Shown piece by piece: positions 52,364-64,000 of a DNA stretch of 64,000 nt. A program made the position numbers and the translations under genes. The DNA comes from Ophelia neglecta (lineage: Eukaryota). The notes beneath the pieces are model-generated. The model had not been told where the DNA came from and did no database searches. It saw nothing but the letters and a program-made list of their open reading frames with translations. Location of the stretch: contig OZ260665.1 of assembly GCA_965285935.1 (NCBI GenBank), forward strand, positions 64,728,001 to 64,792,000, given 5' to 3'. The number at the start of each line of letters is the position of its first letter. Position 1 is the first letter of the stretch.

Positions 52364-55300
52364 ATGTCTCTCCAAAAGCCAAACACCAACTGGAACCTGG
52401 TCAGCCTTGCTCTGCTGATGACAATCACAATCAGTCTTCATGTCACAGGTAATTAGTTCTTATTATAACTAATACCATTTCATCATTTGTGAGCTAGTTG
52501 GTGATAAATTTTAATTCCCCATACTCCTGTTTCTTTGTTATGGTGAAAGTTTTCCCTGAATGTTTTGCCTAGACTAGGGTCATTAATTCTTAGCCGAGTG
52601 GTATCTAATTTTATTCAAATTATCCAGACAGGTGTTTGGGTACATGTATGCATTCAGCCATAACTTCTGCTTCCGTCTTTTACTGTGTGATAATACTGCA
52701 ATTGTATCTATCTCGTCAAAAAAATTACATTAGACTTTAATAGTCTCCCTTTCCTTGGAGTAATAATGATTCCAATATTAATATTTTCCCTTACCAATGT
52801 TAATATGTTTGCATGAAAATAAACTAACAGTATTAATTTTCAGCTAAAACAAGAATCATTTTTGAACAAATTATAAATAAATGTATATGGCTTATGTCAA
52901 ACAAAATGAAGGCGCCTGCAAGCTGCCCTTTTTTCTTTAGATAGTAAAATGCACAATGTGAGGGAAATGAGCCTGCCTTATCTCTGGCCTTTTTGCCCTA
53001 AGCTTCCCCAGTTCAGAATAAAGAAAAGAGGTGTATGAAAGGCTAACAGAACTGTACCTTGTAATGTGAAGGGTGTAAACCATAATTATTTCCCAATACA
53101 AAGTTGCGTTAGCCCACAGGAGTTATGAGCATCTACTACTTATTTGGCCTGGCATCTCGGAAAGCATATTTTTCTGCTCTGCATGACTTGTTTGTCTAGC
53201 ACAGTGGGAGACAGCCAAGAGTTATGAATAGGATACTTATAGTCAGCAAAGAAAATTGTAAAATTAAACTCATGGGCAAAGTCAAGAGGATTTATTCTTG
53301 TATCTTTGGCTAATTCACATGCCAAGGCAATTGCCCGTGACGAAGTTTCATGACAGAATTGATGATTTGTGTGGATGTAACACCTTGCTGTGTAGGAAAT
53401 AGGTTTTTCTGTCACATCTAGTATAATTTTCTTGAATGTTATGGAGTCTTTATATCAGGAAAATAACCAATTCTTGTTTAAAGAAAAGTGATAAAGACCC
53501 CATAGAGGAGCTGACATGAAAACCTTGTCACTACTTATGAAATATTATGATTCATAACAAAGTTGAATAGGGCACTTGATAGATATATTTACTCTAACTA
53601 AATGTCATTTATAGATACAATATGAGATGGAATTGTAAAAATACCAATTCATTGTAATACAAAATACTTCAAGAGGCTTGACATTTGCAAACCAGTAGCC
53701 ATAGAAAGAAAGCCACACATGCTTGCATTTATCAGTGAATACTTTTAAATTGGTGAGCATAAATATACTTAAAGTATTTTCATGTTCATTTGACCATTAT
53801 CAGACTTTAAAATGCGAAAACTAATATACCATTGACACAAAATTGAAGACAAACATTTGGGTCTGTTGTATTTGATGAATGTACCAAACCATATGTATAA
53901 CAAGATGTGTTTCAAATTATTAAAAAATACATTTGACGAATTACATATAATAATATTAGGCAGTACATGAATGTATTACTGTTACTAGTTGCATTGTTAT
54001 TGATAAAGGTTGATTGAGGGTCGTGTGGGTATGGTATATGAATTAGCTGGCAGTTTTTGAATGTTCTTTGTCATGTCTTTAGTGGCCAGAAAATCTATAG
54101 ACCCATTATTATACATCATTCACACTGAAAAAATGCATTAAATGTTCTTGAAGCAAACAATACATCTTCTCCGATATATGTGAATATTGAATAGACTAAA
54201 GTGTAAATTTGTTTATGCTGCATTACCCCATTCTATCAGGCAATATACATGCTGGGCATACTATATCATAAAGTGAATTAGACTACATGTATTATAAACA
54301 TGTATAGGCAATATTCCTTAGTATTGTCCAGTTCACAGGTCATGGTTTTTCTTCAAGATTTCTTAGACTAGGTGTGAATTAAAAGGCTAATAAGCAGATC
54401 CACCCCATCATGAAGATGTTTTTTCCATTGATTTTGCCCTACCATGTAAGGTTTACAATTTTCCAAGAGGATTTTACTTTTCAGCTCTATAATTCAATTT
54501 CAGTTTGCTTAAATCTTTATCTGTCATGTAGTTCTTCTGAAATTGATAGCTCAGCTCAATTCTCAACATGAGGGAGAAGGTGCCAAACATTGAATATCTT
54601 ACTAATGCATTTCTTTGGTCAATAATTTGATAATTCAGATGCAAATTAAATGAATCTATTTGTATCACCTCTCTGTAGTTCGTGCGGTCGTCCGGTATTG
54701 GCAGTACTTCTTAACAGTGTTTTTATCCAAAAGCATTACTGTGGCATAAGTGTAAATATTGTTTCTTTCATCTTGTTGATGGCATTGAACATTTCACACA
54801 GTACATGATATTCATAGAATGGTAAATATTTTCAGCAAACAAGCATAATTGACACAATCTTGTGAAAGGAAATTCAGTTGAATAAATATATTTGTCAATA
54901 TTGTGTATGATAGGTGGAGTGTAGGTTGAGAGTGCACTTCTATCTACTCCAATTCCTCCTTTTAAACCCGAATTCAGACATTCGGCGTGCCAGTATCATT
55001 TTTTCAATGTAATATTTGACCATCACTTACAAACAGAAACAAATAGAAAAACTCAGTAACATTAACAATTTCAATTAATTCATGAAAGGATCCTTTAGCT
55101 AATATATTCTTAGCAAATGATAATTAGAGATAATTTTTAAGTTTGTAAACATGCACAAAGAACAGCAATATATTTATTTTAATGTTCATGACCTTAGTTA
55201 GCGCTTATTAGAATGTGATGTACCATGCTGTATGATCTGTTTTGAACTTACTTCAGTGTGTGCAATTGAGAGAAATGATGTTTTTATAGCCATATTAAAC

Positions 55301-58300
55301 CATTGCAGAGAACATAGAATTTCCTTACAAATGTGGCTACAAATTTCTTACTATTATAGTGGCTTTGTGTTTCACCTGGTTGAACTGTCCTATGAATAAA
55401 AAAGTAAATTGAATTAAGAGGTGACAGGCTTTGCTCATATTCAAGCTCTCAAGCAAAAACCAGTCACATGGGAAAGCTTTTGGTGTTTATAGATAAAATT
55501 TCCACATTTCCAATGATGTCTCCATCATTACTTCCTTGTGGATTGAAAGAAGTTTTAAGAAATTAGATTTCATTGCAGTTAGAATGTTGTGGACATGTCC
55601 TGGAAACCTATTTTTGTTGACTTTAATTTGTTAATTTACATTCCCCCAAGCTACTTAATGATACCAGGCTTATCTCACAGGTACAGTGTTTAGTTTCAGC
55701 CAGTGGTTTAGATTTTCAGCTTTACCTTTGTGTGGCCAGGTTCAGTGGATAACATTTTCACACAACTAGGAGGTCAGTACATACCACATTATCAAGTTAC
55801 AAAGGCTGCATCCTAATGAGAAATTATTCAAGGTGTATAATTAGCATTTCCCTCCCATGGGCTATGTGATGTTAGACCGATCACATGATACACCACCTAG
55901 AGGATGTTTGTTTGTCAATAAGGGGCATAATATCCCCTTATTTGTTTGTAAATAAGGGCCAGAATCAGAATAATTGAATCATCAATGAACCTGTTTAATT
56001 ACAACAATAAATCCTTACAACAGTGGGAAATTTCAAAGTTAGTCTTAGATATAGTTCTTATTAATTATTTGAAAAAAGGTAAGAGACAGAAAGTATGAAA
56101 GTATAAAGTATGATTAAGGAATCCAAACAACCTGTATACCTGCTTTTGTCTGCCCTATTTGATCTTATTTATCAGTCGAAAGTATTTTTTCAACAATTGA
56201 AGTGAAAAAGCAGATTGGTGAACCGTCTACTGTAGCTATGCTGTAACATTAGATAAATAGTAACAGTATAAATGTATGTTCATATGCAGTAGCTATTATG
56301 ATCATTAAATGAAAGTCCTGTGATATGTGACTAAATGCAAAGTCACAAACATATCATCTCTGCCAAATTTTTTCACTTCAGATATATGCATTATACATGT
56401 ATGACAGAATATCTTCATTCATAGTATAACCATAAATTAGCTACCAAATATATATTGGTATTAATTTGCAAAATTTGGCAACCTTCATTGAATTCCTTCC
56501 CCATTTAGTGTGTCAGTGAGTAGGCAGGCGGCTGGCCTTGCTGTGTCTGTTTATTATTCCGGCCATCCTCTCTCATTAGAAATAAAATGTCCTTGTCTAA
56601 CCCAAACTAGCCCTGATTCACATGTTTTCAAAATCTTTGTGATTTACAATGAAAAGATGAAGACATTTCAAGTTGGGTTTCAGTGAGTAAATCTTATACA
56701 GGAGATTAAATTAGACAATATTGTTCTCCCTTCTTTATAAATGGCCACCTGTATTATTTCAGTGAATTTCAGGACACAAAACTGGATTCACTCACCTGGG
56801 TGGTTGTTGTAATTACAGTCCTTATTTAAGTGTTAATTTGTTTGTGTGAGGCTCCTTTCACCAAGCCACAATGGAAAAAGGATGAACTCTTAACAACAAG
56901 CCATGGGTAAACAATATCACCAGTGAACTTTTAAAGGGTCCAATTCTTAATATCTCTCCTTAAAAGCCCTCATTAATTCTTTATAAATAAGTTTATACAG
57001 CATCTATTCCAGCCTTCTATTGAAGTACCTGTGGCTTCAGCTGGATCATTAGAATTAAATTCTTTCTTTTCAAAGCTTTTCTGGATTCTAATGGTTTATA
57101 GATATATGTTAGCTGCATGCTCCCATGACAATCTATCAGGCTATGCAAACAGACTTGTGCCTGGTCAGTTGCCTATCTTGATTAGCTCATTAACCAATTA
57201 AGATAATATCTAAACATCAACATACTCTTAAGCTCATTGACCAAACTCTTTCACCTTGCATATAAAGACCACCATGTTCAATACCCAGTAAGCATGTAAA
57301 TTGTCCTCTCAATACTTATTGTACTAAATTATCTGATTTTCTCACAAAAGTGTCATCATTTATATATGATTCTGTCTGTGATGTATCCATAAAGTATGAA
57401 GTCTGTCACACAGACCTCAGTCTCTTCACCAAAGTGACAAAAACCATCAGATAGTCCTCATGTTAATCAGCGGCCCATTAACAGTACTATAATGATATTT
57501 TATTTGGCTGTCCAAACCATCCCCATAGGGAATAATGTCAGTGATAGCAGAATAAGCAATATAACAAATGATTTTGATGTAGTCTAAAGACTTATACTAG
57601 GTGATGGTATGAGCCATTTATCTGGGAATTTACCAACACATCAAATACTTACCTGTTTAGTGATGCATTGGATGTGACCAGTCGGGGGAAAAGACTGGCA
57701 TGTAGATTTTAACAGCCAGTTATTGTAAACTTGTAATATGAATTTGATGTTCACATTTTATAGATATGGACATTCTTACCCAAGTTTCAATGTATTGAAA
57801 AGTAAATTTGTGGAAATACTGGAGTTTATTTTAATATATGATCATTTATGTCTGCTCCTGACTCACTGCACTTAGGTAGAAGCTTGTTTGCAATGATTTG
57901 ACAAAGTGATTTGACTTGAAAAAGGTCATTAACAGTTTATTTTGCAATGACAATTATTGTACATAAACTTAATATAAGAGCTGGCTCCTAGCTGACACCA
58001 TAACATATTAAAGATCAATAAAGCTTATTCTACTAAACATTATAGATATATTAATATAATGTGAAAAAAAACATTGATGCAAGAAGGCATTATCAGTCTA
58101 TCATCCACTCTCGGGACTGCACATTTTCCCAGTTTGAGTTGCCATATTCTAAGTATTTTAATATAATGGCTAAAATTAATGAGATCCCATGAGTGAGAAG
58201 CAGTTAACTCAAATTCAGAATTATGAAGAGTCTTCTGCAACTTGCCATTTCATGGCTGAAATTAATTTCTGTCCAAATAAAATTGAATAATCCAATAAAA

Positions 58301-61300
58301 GTAACAGCTCAAACATCCCTCTATAGGACGATGTGAGCTTTTAATAATGTAAGGTTCTTGGATTTAATGCTGATCATTGGTGTGTTAATTACCACCAAAT
58401 AAGTCTTTCAACCTTCAAAATATCTGGTAATGTTGGTGCAAATTTGAACAGTTCCCCAGGCCTTTTCAATCTATCAATGTCTTCTGCCACATCCAGTAGT
58501 GGCCTTCATAAGAAATCAGCAATAGAAATTCTTTAACACACAGGATGACCACTCTTTAATGGCCATTTTATTTATTAATAAGTACTGTAAGTACATCTGG
58601 AGATGTGCTTGACCCTTTTTGTTTGCAGTTTTCAATCGAGATTGGAAATGGGCCAGTCCCACTAATATGAAAGAGGAGGGGACATCGAAAATGGTATATT
58701 GGTGAAAAATTAGGCCTCACTGCTTTAACATGGTTAGCACTTTAAACTGGTTGGTATAGTCCCAATAACATTTATCACAACATCATCTATTTCTGTAACA
58801 ATATAGGTTGAGCAAAAGATGTATATCAATATTTAACAGGAAGTGCACTATGAATTTTTATGGAAGATAAATATCTGCAGGAAGCATACACTGCACATGC
58901 CTTCAGCAGTATTCAGTGTTACTAGTAAATTAGACTTCAGGATCAGGGACCGGAATAGTGAATGCATTCTGTGTGAACCTGATGTCCCTATGTTAGAGAA
59001 TGCCTTGTGATTAGCAGGGGTGATTACAAGTGTAATTAGAGGTACCTGGGGCTATAGTACCCTTCACCTGTCACTGAGGTAGCCCGTATTCAGATCACAA
59101 GTCAGGGCCACATACATCAGCCGAGAATTGTGGCTCCAGTCTCAACTTCATGGCCTCATGCTTGTCAAACCAGTCAGGTGCCTTTTCACTTTAAATAAAT
59201 AAAAAAAAATTCACAATACACAATAGTCTTTCTTCTCTTTGGCCATATGTTACATGTCTTGATATGATATGTGGTCACTTTGGCTACATATCATATCATG
59301 GCTACAATTAAATATTCTAGTAAATTAAATTCTCATTTTGTGGTTTGAATTGAATACCATGCTGCTACATTATTTCTTGTTACCACTTTTATTTCACTTG
59401 CCACCTGATATGCCATACTGAGTTGTGGGAACTGTGTCAGATGTACTTTGACCAAATTTTCAATCCTAATTGAGGCACCCTGTCTCCTTTTTGCAGCTGC
59501 TTTTCAACTTTGACATTGTTTGCATGTGAGAACAATTAGGAATTCTACTTAGTACAGGTGTTGATCTATTTTGCTTAAATTTATGGGGCTTATAGTTTGT
59601 AAAAATGCAAATGTTATTTGAAATATAAAACAATTATCCCAGTTTGTATGGCTGAATTCCAGTTTTTACTGGAGTCAGACATCCTTTCTTTCGTTTTATT
59701 GCTAATTACACCTGCATCCATCCATTTTTCTTATCATTTCTGCTTGAAATCCATTCACACCGAGATGGAAAGTAAATGAGTTTTCTTTCTAGAAGCACAA
59801 GGGTACTGCCATATTTGCTTCCATGTAGGTCTTTTTTTTCTGAGATTTAATTGAATCACCAGCATTCATTCCTGATAACCTTTATCATGGAAGCCTAAAA
59901 TTACTGTTTGTTTTTGGTTTGAAAAAAACTCTCATCACTGTTAAAGTTCATTGCAGTCTACCTTTGTTCTGTAGGCAGTATTAATCATGTTTTCCTTCAT
60001 TGAATTACTAGAACTAAATCATGAAACTAGATCTCTGTATAATGAGCTGCTGTTTGGTGGCAGGCTCTAACCTAGGAGACCTGGTATGTATGGGGAATGT
60101 AAGTAGAGCCTTCCAAAAATACTCCTGGGAATTGCCAATTAAGTAATTCAAGCTGGAATGTTATCTCCAGTATCCATCCCCCCTTTACTGTATTTTCTGG
60201 AAGTTTGGAGCTCCCTTACCTGGTCAACCTGGGAGGGAAAATGTTGATAATTTCCTTTTTTTTGGTCACATGATACATGATTTAGTAAGTGGTGCAGAAA
60301 ACACCCCATCACATGAGAGTGTCATATCTTGTCTCTGAGGCTGAGAGTGGTGTTTGCTAAGAAGAGATACATGATCTGTTAATTATTAAAGGATGTGCTT
60401 GTCTGATTTCAACGATTTTTCCACCATAAATGCGTCCTCGGCATCCATCAAACACTTAGACTGGGTGTTATGCCTGAATGAAGACACATCACACCAACTT
60501 TTTATCACCTGGCCATTGTGACTCAGCTCATAAATCACAGACTGATTATAATTTGTGATTTTAATACAATCCTTTGTTTTCATTGTCTCTTTGTGGGAGA
60601 GTTGATATGAGGGCACCAAGAAATCCATGCATCAATGTGTCTCTGACTTTTGAGCCTTCATCAGGATAGCTTTCGTTGCCAACAAAGTAATTGGATAAGA
60701 AACATATTGTAGGCATATGACAATTTCCAATGAGTCGCAATTTAACAGTGCAGTGAAGCTACATGTATGGGATAACAGTGAAGTCCTTTGACTCTTGAGA
60801 CCTGGCCAGTGTACTCATATAAACAAGTGTGCAGTTTGATGGTCAGAGCTGAATATTTTCTTTTGAGGAAGGAAAAGTTGGCAGTGGCACTGTTTTGATC
60901 CTTCGTGATAAGCTTATATTTCCACAAGAAGTCATTGCTGACAAACTGATGAAATGGACTCACTTAATCTAGATTTCCAGAGGTATTTTGTTGAGTGAAC
61001 TGGATAATGATTTCACATGCTAAGAATATGTCAAGGGGTTGTTATTTGTCTGTTGCAGACTTTAAAAATGATGAATAGTGGAAGATATTTTGTGGGAATA
61101 CTTTACACGGTTTTGGCTATTGTAGCCAGTGATCCAACTCTTAAACCAACAGGCAAGTAGAAAGATGTTTCATAGAACATTTAACATTATTAATGAAACT
61201 TGATGGATAGTGATCACGATGGGCAAAGATATGGGGATATTCTTTGATTAATTTGCAAAAAAAAAATCTTTCATTAATCCCAAGGTGGTTAAAATCTCAT

Positions 61301-61968
61301 TGAATTAAGGCATCACTGTTTGATTGATGCATATTTTGTGTATTTTGTGTTGAAATATCCCATTAAGTTTGGAAATACAAGATTTTTTGCCCACTCACTT
61401 CTTGTCCTAGCGAGAATACTGGTGCAGGTGTGATGAACCTGTGTAATATTCATCATCAGATGTCTTGAGAAAAAGCGCTGTGTTTTGTAATCAGAAATGT
61501 AGATAGGCAGTAAAATGGATGTAGGGGGGACATCCATTTCTGTCAGAATTAAAAGGAAATTCGACCCTATTTGTGCTATTTGTTGGCCCTCATGCTATAC
61601 ATGAACATATATTATCTATTTGGCTAGTTATAAGTAATCAAATGATCAGGCATTGCCTACTGAGTAGACTCTAGCAAAAATAAATGTACATGACTTTATA
61701 TTAATCATGTGGAAATACTATTGTCTGATTTTTTTTATTAAAGTCATGTGAAGCAGTTATATATTTATTGTAATATAGTTCTGCTTTTTTGTTGCTGCAA
61801 CATGCTCTTTGTATCACATTTTTTAGTTACACCTATAATGTTCCTGCATTATGCAGTTGATTTAAAAAAACCAATGTTATATGTGATCATCTTCTGTTTC
61901 AGAATCTGGGGTTTCAGGTAATTCATGCCCCACTCTGTATACAGAAGTAAGAGAACACACAGCCATAG
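52364..61968 (+). CDS. 5' end (two coding exons, 52364-52448 and 61903-61968) of a secreted or membrane protein, probably cadherin-like, continuing beyond the window
   Basis: First ATG after in-frame stops gives MSLQKPNTNWNLVSLALLMTITISLHVT with a phase-1 donor AG|GTAATT. A strong acceptor CTTCTGTTTCAG at 61902 and donor AG|GTAAGA at 61968 add ESGVSGNSCPTLYTEVREHTAI(G), resembling the V.E....G start of a cadherin EC1. Confidence 0.5.
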
Positions 61969-62072
61969 GTAAGAGAAGTCTCTCTACATTAGTTTAACCC
62001 ATGTACATGTACTTGTATATACTACCCCCGATTGTATTATCTGTCATCCAGTCCAACATCAATAGCTATACT

Positions 62073-62250
62073 CAGGGAAACCTGGGATTTCAGACCACCC
62101 AAGGAACTAAGAAAAACTGGTCTGCTCACAGAGGTGGTCTGTTTAGACAGGTTATTTCACATTGGAAGGGTACAGCCTGATCTTTTTATTAGTGGTCTGA
62201 ACTTACAGGTGATCTGAATAGAAAGTTGGTATTTAAGCCAGGTTTCACTG
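62073..62250. mobile_element. Tc1/mariner (pogo-like) MITE with an adjacent partial second copy to about 62325
   Basis: TIR CAGGGAAACCTGG / CCAGGTTTCACTG (12/13); internal AGACCAC/GTGGTCT motifs; TA TSD degraded. Confidence 0.6.
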
Positions 62251-64000
62251 AATATCCATAAGGTAAAACCTGCTTCAAAGACCACCTATATATAGAGAGA
62301 CCAACTGTCAAATCAGACCACATGTATGAAGAAAATATCTGGTGTAGTATAAAGACATATATTACCTTGAATATAAAATATATATAACAACAAACATGAT
62401 AATGACACATTCCATTAAGTGTATGTTAGCTCAAGAATGTGAGAGTTATCATACCCATTTGCAAGGTATTATAACTCACAACAGCATCCAATGCTTAGCA
62501 CATCCAGACCACAAGAGGCTGAATCACCTGATGGCATTGATTGTTAATTATCTAATTATCTAATTATAACAGCTGACCAGACTGGTGATGCCCTGTTATG
62601 AATGCCAGATAGGGGCTGAGTCAGCTATGAACAGTCTGGTAGTCAGCAGGTTTTTTGCATCCCAGGGTTATTTGATATTCATAGTCAGGCATACTTTCGA
62701 TTAGTTTTGCAATACAGCAGGGATTTTAGTGATTTGTAATTGCAGCAAGTACAGACAGCCAGGTACATAAAGCCAGGAGACAGTAGGCAAAATAACCTCC
62801 ACTAATTTCCCTGTGCCAAATAATTAAGCCTACCTTGTATATTGACTGCCAATCATGTGATAATACATATTATGGTAGAAAAAAACCTTTACATATTCAT
62901 CCTAGACACAATATATCTTTATTTATTATTATTTGTGGCAGTCACCGCTAGAATTTATTACTGATCCATTTTGAGAGCATGTGCCTGTATAGTCCTGGTA
63001 TGAGCCTATTTCCTCAACACCTTTAAAAACTTGTATTTATTAAAGCATATTGGGAAGTTGTTTATCTTATAAATGTGGGTACATTAAGTTGTAAAATGTG
63101 GATGTGCACCTGACACTGCTTCAGAAGACATCTCCTCCTTGGCTCTCCTATAAAACATTCCACTTAACACAACTAGTCTCTGATGTTTTTTTACATGAGA
63201 AGACATCTTGGTTACATAGCCATCAGGCCATCTTCTCACCTTCAGAACATCCTATTATTAATTGTCAGTCAGCCTGTTAGTGGCCTTTTGCTTTTAAGGG
63301 TAATTAGGGGTTATTGTTAAGGATAAGGTGCTTATTGATTAATCAATTTCTTAGCTTCCCTGAATACTCTTAGTGTAACCCAGTAACTCAAACCTCCATG
63401 TTTTGTTACATCAAAGGCGTATACTGTGGTGATATTCATTGGCATCACATGCTGAGTTAGGAGCTTGTAGGGCGGGTTTTGGCCAATTTATTTATCGATC
63501 AACAACTCTCTGTTGGGAAACTGTGACAGTAGTCAGAATGATATACATACACAGATATGTACCTTGAAATCTATAGACTTGGTGACAGTAATTGCTTTAA
63601 GAATCTGCGGCACTTGAAGGATTTTATACCTCGGATAGAATGTAACAGATATTCAAAACAAGGGTTTATTTCAATAATGTTCAGAGTGTTTATTCATGGG
63701 GTCACGCTATTGCTATAGCTTTTTACAAAAGTTTTATAACAAGGCAATTTATTATATTATGATACATGCAGCAACAACCCAATCTTTTTAACAATCTAGG
63801 GTACAGTAATTTTCATTAAAAAATGGTGAAATTGCATTCATGAACAAGTAAAAAAGGCATGGAACTTTCCTTTTCTACATGTAGTTCGAAGTTTTTTTAG
63901 CAGGGATTGGAAACCTTTCGGAAAAGCATCATGTTTGTACCCTATCAGGATGTACAGGAGTCTGCCCTGTTCTTGACAATGGGTCACATTGTTACCAATG

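Noticed and set aside
59075-59090. let-7 seed TGAGGTAG; also a miR-100-like AACCCGTAG at about 38719
   Set aside because: Only the first 8-9 nt match; the rest of the mature sequence and a hairpin are absent.

Overview
AT-rich, intron-containing genomic DNA from an invertebrate animal. The temptin domain and the transposon families point to a marine bilaterian, probably a lophotrochozoan, but this is not provable here. The ORF track is mostly noise, so genes were assembled by hand from splice sites with phase checks. Left: a head-to-head housekeeping pair, PLD6/zucchini (minus strand, 3 exons, 220 aa) and TVP23 (plus strand, 6 exons, 201 aa), with start codons 252 bp apart. Middle (about 15.8-47.6 kb): three co-oriented secreted-protein genes. 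Two paralogous CUB-CUB-trypsin proteases (13 coding exons each, identical intron phases) flank an 11-exon gene encoding signal peptide + temptin domain + copper type II (DBH/MOXD1/PHM-family) monooxygenase + probable GPI signal. That enzyme lacks a DOMON domain and keeps all six Cu ligands. Right (about 50-64 kb): CpG-depleted, repeat-poor DNA holding the first two coding exons of a probable cadherin-like gene that the ORF track misses. Mobile DNA includes an Academ-like deletion derivative, a hAT MITE with a 5-bp TSD, other MITEs, LINE remnants and minisatellites. CpG density switches sharply at about 12 kb and about 50 kb, consistent with mosaic methylation.
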